Assembly (NCBI GenBank): GCA_947585595.1 | Contig: CANPXB010000002.1 | Span: 6,841 to 70,840, forward strand | Reading direction: 5' to 3' | Length of the DNA: 64,000 bases | From: an uncultured Bacilli bacterium | Lineage (GTDB): Bacteria; Bacillota_I; Bacilli_A; RF39; UBA660 | Shown here: positions 32,495 to 42,152 of the stretch, piece after piece | How the letters are laid out: each line of letters begins with the position of its first letter | How positions within the stretch are numbered: position 1 is the first letter of the stretch | Program-made: the position numbers and the translations under genes | Notes under the pieces: generated by a model | Database searches by the model: none | What the model saw: only the letters and a program-made list of their open reading frames with translations | Told to the model about the DNA's origin: nothing

Positions 32495-32902
32495 ATTATT
32501 AGAAGTAAAAAATATAAGTAAAAAGTTTAATACTACTAAAGGTGAAATAGAAGCTATTAAAGATATTAGCTTTGATGTTAATGAAGGTGAGTTTATTGCA
32601 ATAGTTGGCACATCTGGTTGTGGTAAAAGTACTCTACTTTCTATATTAGCTAATCTAACTAAACAAACAGATGGTACTATTAAATATTATAAAGATAAGC
32701 CAATTATTGGTTATATGTTACAAGAAGATGCTTTATTTGAACATTTAAAAATAATCGACAATGTTTATCTTGGTTTAAAAGTTCAACATAAATTATCTGA
32801 TAGTAATAAAGAATATGCTTTAAATTTATTAAAAAAATATAATTTAGAAAAATTCATTAATCAAAAACCAAGTGAATTATCTGGTGGTATGAAACAAAGA
32901 GT
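32487..32902 (+). CDS. ytlC: ABC ATPase, 5' segment of split gene
   Basis: Walker A GTSGCGKS, Q-loop MLQED, signature LSGGMKQRVA, then TGA at 32907-09. No Walker B in this segment. Confidence 0.88.
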
Positions 32903-32925
32903 TGCTTGAATATTCTAAACACACT
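32895..32925 (+). repeat. attL of element 2
   Basis: CAAAGAGTTGCTT (32895-32907) is identical to 40930-40942. Confidence 0.92.
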
Positions 32926-32949
32926 TTCTATCATAAAAAAACTGATAAA

Positions 32950-33927
32950 TTATTCTTTATCAGTTTTAATCTCTTTAACTTTTTTAGGTTTAATAGCTAA
33001 GAAACATATTGTTCCCGCTAAACCTACTAAAGCAACACCAATAATAATTTCTACTATCTTAGATAAGCCATCTTCTTCATCGGTAATCTCTTCTTCATTA
33101 TTATCTTTACTTTCTTCATCATCGTCTCCATCTTCACTATAATCATTATAGTCATCATAATTATCATCATCACCTGATACTCCAGATCCATTACTATCTG
33201 TTCCATTATTAGATGAAAATCCGTTAGAAGAATCATTATTACTTGAACCACTATTACTAGAACCATTACTACTATTACTACTTGATCCACTACTTTGTGA
33301 TCCATTATTACTTACATTATTACCCGAAGAAGATTGATTATCTTTGTTATCATCTTTCTTATCATCAGTATCTTTTTTATCATCGTCTTGCTTATTATCA
33401 TCTTGTTTATCATTATCAGTACTAGGACTATTTATTTTATAGGTAAATGAATGTGTTCCTAATTCAGGTGTTAAATTCTTTGAATACCAATCATTAGCAA
33501 CAATTGTTAATTTAGTACACTCAAATGAATAAGTTGTATTACTTTTCGCATCACTTTCAAAAATAATATTTCCTAGAACTAATTCCTTATTAGCATTTAA
33601 TAAGTTATGACCAGTACCTACTCCCCCAGTTGATACAATTATTCTTATAGTATGATTATTTTCATCATGTTTAATTTCTTTAGTACTACTTTTAGCTACA
33701 TTACTATCAAGATTAATTTGTTTATATTTAACATTACCACTATATTTTAAAGTAATATCAAATCCCCCAACAAACCCTTCTTCAAAATGCAAAGTAGCTT
33801 TTATATTACCATTGCTATTTTCACTAAATGTTAATTTATCAGCAGCACTAACTGAAGTAAGTGAGATAAAGATGCTTATTACAAATACGACAATAGCTGT
33901 TATAACTCTCTTCTGCATCTTTATCAC
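32950..33927 (-). CDS. Membrane-anchored cohesin-like protein with D/K/S/N-rich stalk
   Basis: Signal peptide, ~135-aa beta-sandwich pattern (GGFDITLKY...IRIIV...LGNIIFE), low-complexity linker, C-terminal TM plus basic tail. Confidence 0.6.
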   Translation of the reverse strand: MIKMQKRVITAIVVFVISIFISLTSVSAADKLTFSENSNGNIKATLHFEEGFVGGFDITLKYSGNVKYKQINLDSNVAKSSTKEIKHDENNHTIRIIVSTGGVGTGHNLLNANKELVLGNIIFESDAKSNTTYSFECTKLTIVANDWYSKNLTPELGTHSFTYKINSPSTDNDKQDDNKQDDDKKDTDDKKDDNKDNQSSSGNNVSNNGSQSSGSSSNSSNGSSNSGSSNNDSSNGFSSNNGTDSNGSGVSGDDDNYDDYNDYSEDGDDDEESKDNNEEEITDEEDGLSKIVEIIIGVALVGLAGTICFLAIKPKKVKEIKTDKE

Positions 33928-36900
33928 TCCTTATTACTATTTAAATCTGAACTAGTTATCTTCATTTTTGGTAATTGATTATAACCTAACTCTTTAACAT
34001 TTACCGCTTTAGAAGTACTAGTTAATCTTTGACCTTCATTCGTCTCGGCATCATTAACACGATACAAGTAAGCACGAATAGATTCTTCAGCAGCTAACAT
34101 TGCTTCATATTGCTCTTTAGTCATTACATATAACCAAGTACCACTAGCAACTTCATATACTGATTTATCACTATTTAATTCAGCAAAGATCAATTGATAT
34201 CCACCATAATTTTTCGTTCCATTAGATGCATTACCTATTAATAGGACATTAAATGCTGGATTACCACGATAAGTACCTTTAATTACAACTGAACCAGCTT
34301 CAATCTTACCTTTAACTTTTCCATTTTCGTCTTTAACTTCATCCTTGCATCCTTCTGTTAAATAACAGTAATCTTCTTCTAAAACTCCAATAGATGGTTT
34401 ACCATTATCTACATCAATATCAACATTATCTCCAGGAGGAGCAATAACATCAATTTCTGCTCCAGATAAACCAGTTATATTACCAACAGATTCTATCTTA
34501 ATATAAGTAATATTATTATAAGTCCATAATTGATTCTTACTATCAGTACCTTCCTTCATGAAGTAGATAGTTTTTTCAGCACTTTCAGCACTTAAATCAA
34601 ATGATCCAGTACCAGCAAGAGTCCAACTATTATCATTACCAGTCGCACTTACATAAATATTATATTTATTAATTGTATTAGAATCTAATGCTCCGTCAGT
34701 AACTATCGCTTTATACTTAATACCACTTACAGACATTGAATTATTTAAATTAATAATTACATAAGCATTACTATTATCATCAGATGCACTAGGTTTATCT
34801 CCACTAATATTGTATTGTTTAATCTTTTCTGTACCTTTAAATACCGTATCAACTCTACCATCAATTAAGTTATTTACTTTTAATGTAGAATAATCCATCT
34901 TTTCATCTTCAGCATTAACAACTTCATTAGGTTCTTTAACATTAGATGTAATTGTAAAGGCATCTTTCTTAACGCTACCATCATGAGCTATTTTAACTTC
35001 TTCTAAAGTAACTTTCTTTGTAGGTGTTAAATAATAATCATAAGCAACTACTGAATATGTATAAGCTCTATTATTTTCTGCTCCTACATTATCAACAAAC
35101 TCACTAACATTATCTTTATTTTCGACAAAGGCAATTGGTACATCATTACGTAAAATTTCATAACCTAGTATTTTATCAGAATCAGCTTTTAAACCTAAGT
35201 TAATTGTTACTCTTTTATTTCCTGCATCAGTATTCTTAATACTAGCCGTTAAAATATCTGCATCATTAGTAATACCTTGACTACCAGCTAATTTATAACG
35301 CCATGCCTTATCATTTAAATAATAGATAGGTCTAGTTTCTTCAGGATATCCTAATTCCTTAATTTCTGCTTTTAATGTATCACTCGCATATAAACCCCAA
35401 GTTTCAAAGAACTTAGTTAAATCTTTTTCTACTGCTTTAGAAGCAAATAGAATAGTTAAATCATCACGACTATATTTCTTTTCTGTATTAGAATAAGCTC
35501 TACCTATTTTATTTACTCTAGCTAATACAGAGTCTTTATCTTCAAAAGTCTTACCTTCATCATAAGCTAGATGTAATTGCCAATACATACCAAGTTGAAC
35601 AAATACATTTTGGGCTCTTCCTATTGTATGTGAAGTAACTTTATCATAAATCTTATCATAACCTTGAAGTTCTAATCGTGAATTATCTTTATCATTACTT
35701 GTTTGCGCAAGTAAAGCATAGATATTATTTGTTACTTCCGCAAATACAGTACCACTTAAATTGATTTGGTGACCAACTTCATGGCTGATACCCCAACCAA
35801 AGTAACCAGTTGCATCTGCTCTATTTCTATGAGCTGTAACAAGACCACCAATTGAACCATATTCAATACCTACATGATATCCCCCAGCATACATAAACGC
35901 TCCATAGAACATCTGCATGTAACGAATATTAATTCTTGCTTTAGGCATTTTATCCGCTGATTTTGTATCATCTGTTTCAATAAATCCCTTTTGACGATAG
36001 AAGAATTCCATCATTTCATCAAATGCTTCCATTGATTCATATAAACGATCAACTTTTTGATCAGTACTAGTAAGCCCTGAATCTAATGCATCCTCTACCG
36101 CTTTACTTGATACAGAGAATAATCCATATTTTGTAACTATTTCTGTTGAACCTAAAACACTTGTCCCTTTATTAAATGTACCTTTACCTTCACTTGCATA
36201 AACACTATCAAGTTTGCTATTGTAATTTTTTAATTCTTCAATATATTTTTTAATTTCTGCTTTTTTCTCGGTATCATCCATAAGTAATGTTGTATCAACC
36301 ATTGGTATTTTAGTACCACCACTAACACGTACTTTAATTGGTGTATTCGCATTAGGAGTTGATGTATAACGAATATATACACTACCACCACGTTCAGCAT
36401 CAACTGATGAACCAATTGTTGGTACTTGAATTATATTTAAACCTTTATTTAAACTTACAACACTATTCCATTCACTAGCTTCTGCATGATATTGCGTAAA
36501 CACTATTTGCGCATTAATTGGACCATTTGATCCAACATAAACATTTAATGTTTCACCAGGTCTTGCTATAACACCTAATGGTTGATAATCACTAATTGTC
36601 ATTGCAAATTTAACATGATTATTATAATAATTTGATATATTTGGATTTAGTTCAATAACATCATCAATTTTTTCATCTTTTAATATCTTTTCTGCATATT
36701 CTAAATCAGCTAGAATACTTGCTTTATAAGGATTATCTTCACCATGATCTTGTTCATTTGCTCTTTTTCTTAATTCATCAATCTTTTCTTGATTAACCCC
36801 ATCAGCTAAAACTAATCTTAAATCATCAGTAAATAGTTTAGCAACATCATCAACTAAAGAATCATAATGATAGAATTTAACTTCATCTATTTGAATATCA

Positions 36901-39152
36901 TTAACATTATTAGCAACAGTTAAAGCAAAAGATACTGCTCTCGCTTCAATTGGATCTTCTAGTTTTAATAAATAATATTTACGTTCCATTTCATCGTATT
37001 GAGCCGTTAAAGTCCCTTTAACAACTTTACGATCAGTATTATCATAAATAGTATGTTCAGTGTCCCAATAATGTACTTGAATATCATTACTATTAGGTCC
37101 ACCTGATTTTAATGAAGCTGCATAACTATCTGGAACAGTTAAAACAAATTCATCCATTTTATATAAATTATCTAAAACAATAACTGGAGCTCCTGTATTA
37201 AAACCATTATGAGCAGATATTTGCCAATCTTTATGAGCCCAATAAGTATTAAAGTCATCATCAACCATTGAATACTTATTATCATTGGTCATTGTTCCTG
37301 TATGATAATGAACTTCTTTAATATGATTTGTTTTACCATTTTCTACTGTATCATTAATTAATTTATATTTAGGATATATTACTGCACCATTAGCTTTAGT
37401 TCTAGCTTTAACTAATGTATAGTCATTACTCTCCCCAATTTCATTAACACCTATTACATATCCTTCATATTCAGTACCAGCTTTTAATCCTCTTGCTTGA
37501 TAATTATCAGTTTGAAGATTATCTACTAATGTATATTCATTAGTACCTACTTCACGATAGTAAAGTTTATAGTATTGGGTATCATCCATCTTTTTCCACT
37601 TGAAATCGATACCACCATAAGCACCTACAGCACTCACCATATCTACTTTAGGAGCACGTCCATTAGCTTTCGGAGTTCCCTCATGAGCATCACTCCATCC
37701 ACTGCGCCATTCTTGGTTACTAGATTGAACATAAATTTTATATGTTTGATAATTTTTTAAATCTTCAATCGTAAAAGTTGGAAAAGTTGTTTGGAAAATA
37801 ACTCCATTCATCTTACCACCAACTATTTTAATTTCATAACCAGTTACATTTGGTACACTATCAAATGTAATAGTTAATTGTTCACTCTTAGTATCATCAA
37901 TATGAATATTTTGTGGTGTATAAAAACCATCTGGTTCTTTTGTTTCTACTTTTACATTATTTAAGAATTCTACTTTAGCTATTTCTGCTAAATTAGTACT
38001 AGAAGATTCTGTAATAACAATCGTTACTTTTTTAACTGCTACTTGTTTGCCTAAATCAACCTTAATAGTATCATCAGAATTATCTTCCGTAAATAAATGA
38101 ACTCCTTCTAATCCTTGATCAGGATCATCAACTGTATATTCTAAAGTTTCATTACTATCATCTATAACAAGTAATTTCATTTTCTGTGGAACATTTTCTT
38201 GTCCAACTCCAATTCTTACTTCACTCATTTCGATAGCTTTATCTTCACTACCACCTAAGTCTAAATCTAGTTGAATTGGATTTTCTTCTGATATATCACT
38301 ATTACTTTTTAATTTTACTGTTCCATCTTCATTAAATAAATTATCTAAACTACTACCTTCTTCTAATATTGTTCCTTCAGCTAAACAAAATGAAACATTA
38401 TCACTATTCATTATGGCGCTAGTATCCTCTATTTTAATTTTCTTTTCACTAGAATTAATAATCGCTGTAATATAATTTAAATCTGCTACATCAACACTAC
38501 CATCTAAATTTAAATCTTTACTAAGATCATTACTTTCTATTGCTTTAATCATTTCTTTTTCATCATTAGTATCTACTTTATTATCTTGGTTAACATCACC
38601 AATTTCAAATAACCCTTTTTCATCAGATAAACTAATTCTTTTTGAAAAATCTTTTAATTCTACTGGAACATTATAAGTAACAAAATTCTTTCCCTTAAAT
38701 TCTAAATTATATTTACCAGTATTTAAGGAATATAAATTTATACTATAATAAACAAGATTATTATTTTCTAAATTACCTCCAAGTAATTTTCCATCATAAC
38801 CACGTTTAGTAATCATTACACGGATGTTTTGTGAATTTCCTTCACTACCTAAACTAATATGGTTTTCATAAATACCATCTTGTGCACTATTCACATCACT
38901 TAAATTAATTGATGCTTTATTATTACTTTCATCAGTTATTGATAGAACTATTCCATTATCTTTACCATCTCTAACTGGTAATGCTAATTGAAATTCTATT
39001 TCTATATTTCCTTTAGCTTTGATATTATTAGCACTAATAGTTGTTATTTTACTAATATCACTTTCTAAAGCCATTACTACTAATGGTGAAATGTTATTGA
39101 ATAACATTGCCATTACTAATAAAATTGATAAAATCCTGTTCCAAAATTTCAT
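33924..39152 (-). CDS. Secreted M60-like (enhancin/mucin glycopeptidase) metallopeptidase with dockerin, FN3 and CBM32-like modules
   Basis: WGISHEVGHQ...AEVTNN (HExxH...E), duplicated Ca-loop GDVNQDNKVDTND...DLNLDGSVDVADL, two FN3 repeats, F5/8-like segments. Confidence 0.88.
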   Translation of the reverse strand: MKFWNRILSILLVMAMLFNNISPLVVMALESDISKITTISANNIKAKGNIEIEFQLALPVRDGKDNGIVLSITDESNNKASINLSDVNSAQDGIYENHISLGSEGNSQNIRVMITKRGYDGKLLGGNLENNNLVYYSINLYSLNTGKYNLEFKGKNFVTYNVPVELKDFSKRISLSDEKGLFEIGDVNQDNKVDTNDEKEMIKAIESNDLSKDLNLDGSVDVADLNYITAIINSSEKKIKIEDTSAIMNSDNVSFCLAEGTILEEGSSLDNLFNEDGTVKLKSNSDISEENPIQLDLDLGGSEDKAIEMSEVRIGVGQENVPQKMKLLVIDDSNETLEYTVDDPDQGLEGVHLFTEDNSDDTIKVDLGKQVAVKKVTIVITESSSTNLAEIAKVEFLNNVKVETKEPDGFYTPQNIHIDDTKSEQLTITFDSVPNVTGYEIKIVGGKMNGVIFQTTFPTFTIEDLKNYQTYKIYVQSSNQEWRSGWSDAHEGTPKANGRAPKVDMVSAVGAYGGIDFKWKKMDDTQYYKLYYREVGTNEYTLVDNLQTDNYQARGLKAGTEYEGYVIGVNEIGESNDYTLVKARTKANGAVIYPKYKLINDTVENGKTNHIKEVHYHTGTMTNDNKYSMVDDDFNTYWAHKDWQISAHNGFNTGAPVIVLDNLYKMDEFVLTVPDSYAASLKSGGPNSNDIQVHYWDTEHTIYDNTDRKVVKGTLTAQYDEMERKYYLLKLEDPIEARAVSFALTVANNVNDIQIDEVKFYHYDSLVDDVAKLFTDDLRLVLADGVNQEKIDELRKRANEQDHGEDNPYKASILADLEYAEKILKDEKIDDVIELNPNISNYYNNHVKFAMTISDYQPLGVIARPGETLNVYVGSNGPINAQIVFTQYHAEASEWNSVVSLNKGLNIIQVPTIGSSVDAERGGSVYIRYTSTPNANTPIKVRVSGGTKIPMVDTTLLMDDTEKKAEIKKYIEELKNYNSKLDSVYASEGKGTFNKGTSVLGSTEIVTKYGLFSVSSKAVEDALDSGLTSTDQKVDRLYESMEAFDEMMEFFYRQKGFIETDDTKSADKMPKARINIRYMQMFYGAFMYAGGYHVGIEYGSIGGLVTAHRNRADATGYFGWGISHEVGHQINLSGTVFAEVTNNIYALLAQTSNDKDNSRLELQGYDKIYDKVTSHTIGRAQNVFVQLGMYWQLHLAYDEGKTFEDKDSVLARVNKIGRAYSNTEKKYSRDDLTILFASKAVEKDLTKFFETWGLYASDTLKAEIKELGYPEETRPIYYLNDKAWRYKLAGSQGITNDADILTASIKNTDAGNKRVTINLGLKADSDKILGYEILRNDVPIAFVENKDNVSEFVDNVGAENNRAYTYSVVAYDYYLTPTKKVTLEEVKIAHDGSVKKDAFTITSNVKEPNEVVNAEDEKMDYSTLKVNNLIDGRVDTVFKGTEKIKQYNISGDKPSASDDNSNAYVIINLNNSMSVSGIKYKAIVTDGALDSNTINKYNIYVSATGNDNSWTLAGTGSFDLSAESAEKTIYFMKEGTDSKNQLWTYNNITYIKIESVGNITGLSGAEIDVIAPPGDNVDIDVDNGKPSIGVLEEDYCYLTEGCKDEVKDENGKVKGKIEAGSVVIKGTYRGNPAFNVLLIGNASNGTKNYGGYQLIFAELNSDKSVYEVASGTWLYVMTKEQYEAMLAAEESIRAYLYRVNDAETNEGQRLTSTSKAVNVKELGYNQLPKMKITSSDLNSNKE

Positions 39153-39310
39153 ATAAATTCACCTCGCTAATATTATATAGTATGACAAGATTTCTGACAA
39201 TAGAATTCTTTCATTTTTCGCCTAAAATATCCCAAAAAGTTCTACATATTAAGAATCTTAATATAATAATATTAAGTAATAACTATTTATTATTAGCGAG
39301 GTGATTTATT

Positions 39311-39406
39311 ATAACTTTCCATATTACTAATTTGTATCAAAATATAACTAAAGAAATTATTAATTATAAACTATCTCTTATTATTAAATTAATGGAGCAG
39401 AATTAA
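39311..39406 (+). CDS. Possible 31-aa ORF translationally coupled to LSR2
   Basis: GAGGTGA RBS at 39298, non-canonical ATA start, stop overlaps the LSR ATG (TAATG). Confidence 0.35.
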   Translation: MTFHITNLYQNITKEIINYKLSLIIKLMEQN

Positions 39407-40914
39407 TGAATAATTATCTAAGAGTTGGTATCTATTTAAGATTATCTAAAGAAGATAAAGATAAACTAAATAAAGAAGATGATAGTGAGTCAATCAAGAA
39501 TCAACGCCATCTTCTTTATGATTATATATCTCATCATAATAACTTTATCTTAGTTGATGAATATTGTGATGAAGACTTATCTGGTGCCGGTACTTATCGT
39601 CCTGAATTTAATCGTTTAATTAATGATTGTGAAAATAAAAAAATCGATATTGTTCTATGTAAAAGTCAATCCAGATTCTCTCGTGATATGGAGATAATCG
39701 AAAAGTATCTTCATAATAAATTTAATGAATGGCATATTAGATTTATCAGTCTTGCTGATAATGCTGATACTTTTAATTTAGGTAACAAAAAAGCTCGTCA
39801 AATAAATGGTTTAGTTAATGAATGGTACTTAGAAGATATATCTAATAATATTCGTAGTGCTTTTAATTCTAAAATGAAACAAGGTGAACTAATCTCCCCA
39901 TTCGCCCCATTCGGTTATGACATTAATCCTTTAGATAATAATAAATTAATCATTGATTCTCCTGCTTCTTTAATAGTTAAAGACATCTTTAATCTTTACT
40001 TAAAAGGATATAGTTTTACTAAAATAGCTAATTATTTAAATAAACAAAATATCCCTAGTCCATCCTATTATAAATATTTAAAAGGTATTAAACTTAATAT
40101 CGTTAGTTCTAAAAAAAGAGAAGATATCTTATGGTCGAATAATGCTATTAAAAATATTTTAACTAATGAAGTATATATTGGTAATTTAATTCAAGGCAAA
40201 AGAACTACTATTAGTTATAAAAATCATAAAGTAATCAAAAAAGAACCTCATACCTGGTTAAAATCATTAAATACTCATGAACCAATTATTTCTAAGGATA
40301 TCTTTAATAAAGTTCAAAGTATTATTAAAACTAAAAGTAAACCTCTTAAAAAAACTGGTCTTCTCAATCCCTTTTCCCATAAAGTATATTGTTTAGAATG
40401 TCATCACTTAATGCGGAAGAAAAATTCATCTCTTCACGAATATCTTTATTGTCCAAACCCTCTATGTTCTAACCCTTCAATTAGATATGATACATTATCT
40501 AATCTTATTTTAAATCATTTAAATTCTTTAATAAAAAACTATTATAAAGAAGAATTATTTCATAACTACCTAAATAAATTAAATAAAGACAATAACTTAA
40601 TTAAAGAACAAAAAGAATTAGAAACTAAGATTAAACATAATCAAAATATCTTTATAACTTTATATGAAGATAAACTAAACAACTTAATAACTCCATTAGA
40701 ATATAAAAAATTACTAAGTACCTACCAAAAACAAAATATTATTTATAAAAAAGAACTTAAACAAATAAAAAATAAATTATTAGCAAAAGAAAATATCTCT
40801 TTCAATCAATTTACTAATTTAAATAAAATAATTACTGATGAATTTATTACTAAAATATATATTAGTAAAATAAATAAACAAAATAGAGAGATAAAAATTA
40901 TTTGGAATATATAG
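39406..40914 (+). CDS. Large serine recombinase of element 2
   Basis: YLRLSKED...SESIKNQ, DEDLSG, KSQSRFSRD, APFGY, Zn ribbon CLEC...CPNPLC. Confidence 0.96.
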   Translation: MNNYLRVGIYLRLSKEDKDKLNKEDDSESIKNQRHLLYDYISHHNNFILVDEYCDEDLSGAGTYRPEFNRLINDCENKKIDIVLCKSQSRFSRDMEIIEKYLHNKFNEWHIRFISLADNADTFNLGNKKARQINGLVNEWYLEDISNNIRSAFNSKMKQGELISPFAPFGYDINPLDNNKLIIDSPASLIVKDIFNLYLKGYSFTKIANYLNKQNIPSPSYYKYLKGIKLNIVSSKKREDILWSNNAIKNILTNEVYIGNLIQGKRTTISYKNHKVIKKEPHTWLKSLNTHEPIISKDIFNKVQSIIKTKSKPLKKTGLLNPFSHKVYCLECHHLMRKKNSSLHEYLYCPNPLCSNPSIRYDTLSNLILNHLNSLIKNYYKEELFHNYLNKLNKDNNLIKEQKELETKIKHNQNIFITLYEDKLNNLITPLEYKKLLSTYQKQNIIYKKELKQIKNKLLAKENISFNQFTNLNKIITDEFITKIYISKINKQNREIKIIWNI

Positions 40915-40942
40915 TGTCTTTATTTCCTTCAAAGAGTTGCTT
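40913..40942 (+). repeat. attR of element 2
   Basis: AGTGTCTTTA and TTCAA arms are inverse to TAAACACACT and TTGAA of attL2. Confidence 0.92.
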
Positions 40943-41271
40943 TAATCAGAACACTTGCTATTAAACCTGATATTCTTTTCTTAGATGAACCATTCTCTGC
41001 TTTAGATTTCCCTACTAGTTTAGAAGTAAGTAATGATGTTTATCGTATTATTAAAGAAGAAAAGAAAACCGCTATTATGGTTACTCATGATATATCATCA
41101 GCTATTAGTATGGCCGATAAAATTATTGTCTTAAGTAAAGGACCTTCCATAATTAAAAATATTTATCAAATAAAATTAACTAAAAAAGATATACCAACTA
41201 TTAATCGTCAAGATGATAAATTTAATTACTATTATGATTTAATCATGAAAGACTTAGATAATATTGTCTAA
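40938..41271 (+). CDS. ytlC: ABC ATPase, 3' segment of split gene
   Basis: Frame reads ALIRTLAIKPDILFLDEPFSALD (Walker B, D-loop)...MVTHD (H-loop). The joined gene is 750 nt / 249 aa. Confidence 0.9.
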
Positions 41272-42046
41272 AGAACAAGAACTATTTTTAAAGAAGTATA
41301 AAAAAAATAAAAGAATTATTCTTTTAATTCAAATTCTCATCATTGTTGCTTTTCTTCTAATATGGGAATTACTAAGTAGATATCATCTTATTAATTCTTT
41401 TATTTTTAGTAGTCCTACTAAAGTAATTAAAACTATTTATCATCTATATCTTAAACAAGAATTATTTAAACATATATTAATAACTATCTATGAAACTATT
41501 ATATCTTTTATTATTGGTTTATTTATAAGTATTATTTTATCAATCTTATTATATCTATATCATAACTTTTATAAAGTAATGGATCCTTATTTAACTTGTT
41601 TAAATTCCTTACCTAAAGTAGCATTAGGTCCCATGATAATTATTATCGCCGGTGCTAATACCAAAAGTATTATTCTTATGGCTATCTTAATTAATGTTAT
41701 TGTTAGTACTATTGTTATTACCAATGGTTTTTATAATACTGATAAAATCAAATTAAAATTAATGTTATCTTTAAAAGCTAATAAATATCAAACATTAAAA
41801 TATTTAGTTATACCAAGTTCTTATAAAACAATTATATCTTCTTTTAAATTAGGTATAAGTATGAGTTTGATTGGTGTTATAACCGGTGAATTTCTAGTTA
41901 GTCGTGCTGGTTTAGGTTATTTGATTATCTATGGTACACAAGTCTTTAATCTAGACTTAGTAATTAGTGGTATTTTACTTTTAATTATCATATCATTTAT
42001 TCTATATAAATTAGTTGAATTATTAGAACATAAATTATTAAGTTAG
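41264..42046 (+). CDS. ytlD: NitT/TauT-type ABC permease
   Basis: FSSPTKV, NSLPKVALGP, GVITGEFLVSRAGLGYLI. Overlaps the ATPase stop. Confidence 0.9.
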   Translation: MSKEQELFLKKYKKNKRIILLIQILIIVAFLLIWELLSRYHLINSFIFSSPTKVIKTIYHLYLKQELFKHILITIYETIISFIIGLFISIILSILLYLYHNFYKVMDPYLTCLNSLPKVALGPMIIIIAGANTKSIILMAILINVIVSTIVITNGFYNTDKIKLKLMLSLKANKYQTLKYLVIPSSYKTIISSFKLGISMSLIGVITGEFLVSRAGLGYLIIYGTQVFNLDLVISGILLLIIISFILYKLVELLEHKLLS

Positions 42047-42053
42047 GGGGTCA

Positions 42054-42080
42054 AAGAAGTAAATTTATATTTACTTTTTT
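42054..42080 (+). terminator. Rho-independent terminator after permease
   Basis: AAGTAAAT-TTAT-ATTTACTT plus T-run. Confidence 0.6.
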
Positions 42081-42116
42081 GTTGTATGAAGGTTTTCAAA
42101 AAAATAAAGAAGAATA

Positions 42117-42146
42117 TTGACGAACACTAGTTCGTTATTGTATAAT
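42117..42146 (+). promoter_or_regulatory. SigA promoter overlapped by a Firmicute LexA (SOS) box
   Basis: TTGACG-N18-TATAAT. CGAAC-ACTA-GTTCG at 42121-42134. Confidence 0.7.
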
Positions 42147-42152
42147 TATCTT

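Larger units (their letters stand above)
32903..40937. mobile_element. Element 2: 8,035-bp LSR gene-intervening element in ytlC
   Basis: 13-bp direct repeat at the ends, LSR ending 15 bp before the right core, excision restores the ATPase frame. Confidence 0.92.

Noticed and set aside
32907-32909. TGA read as Trp (genetic code 4) to explain the truncated ATPase
   Set aside because: Sequence after the TGA is not ATPase-like, the continuation is at 40938, and other genes here end in TGA and use TGG for Trp.
33080-33420. Short repeats (TCATCA/TTACTA) suggesting an array
   Set aside because: Coding low-complexity D/K/S/N stalk. No regular repeat-spacer structure, and no CRISPR array or cas gene was seen in the window.
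15279-40937. Prophage or ICE interpretation, or a single element with two recombinases
   Set aside because: No structural, terminase, relaxase, T4SS or replication genes recognised. Host ytlA-3'/ytlC-5' DNA lies between two separate att pairs with unrelated cores.
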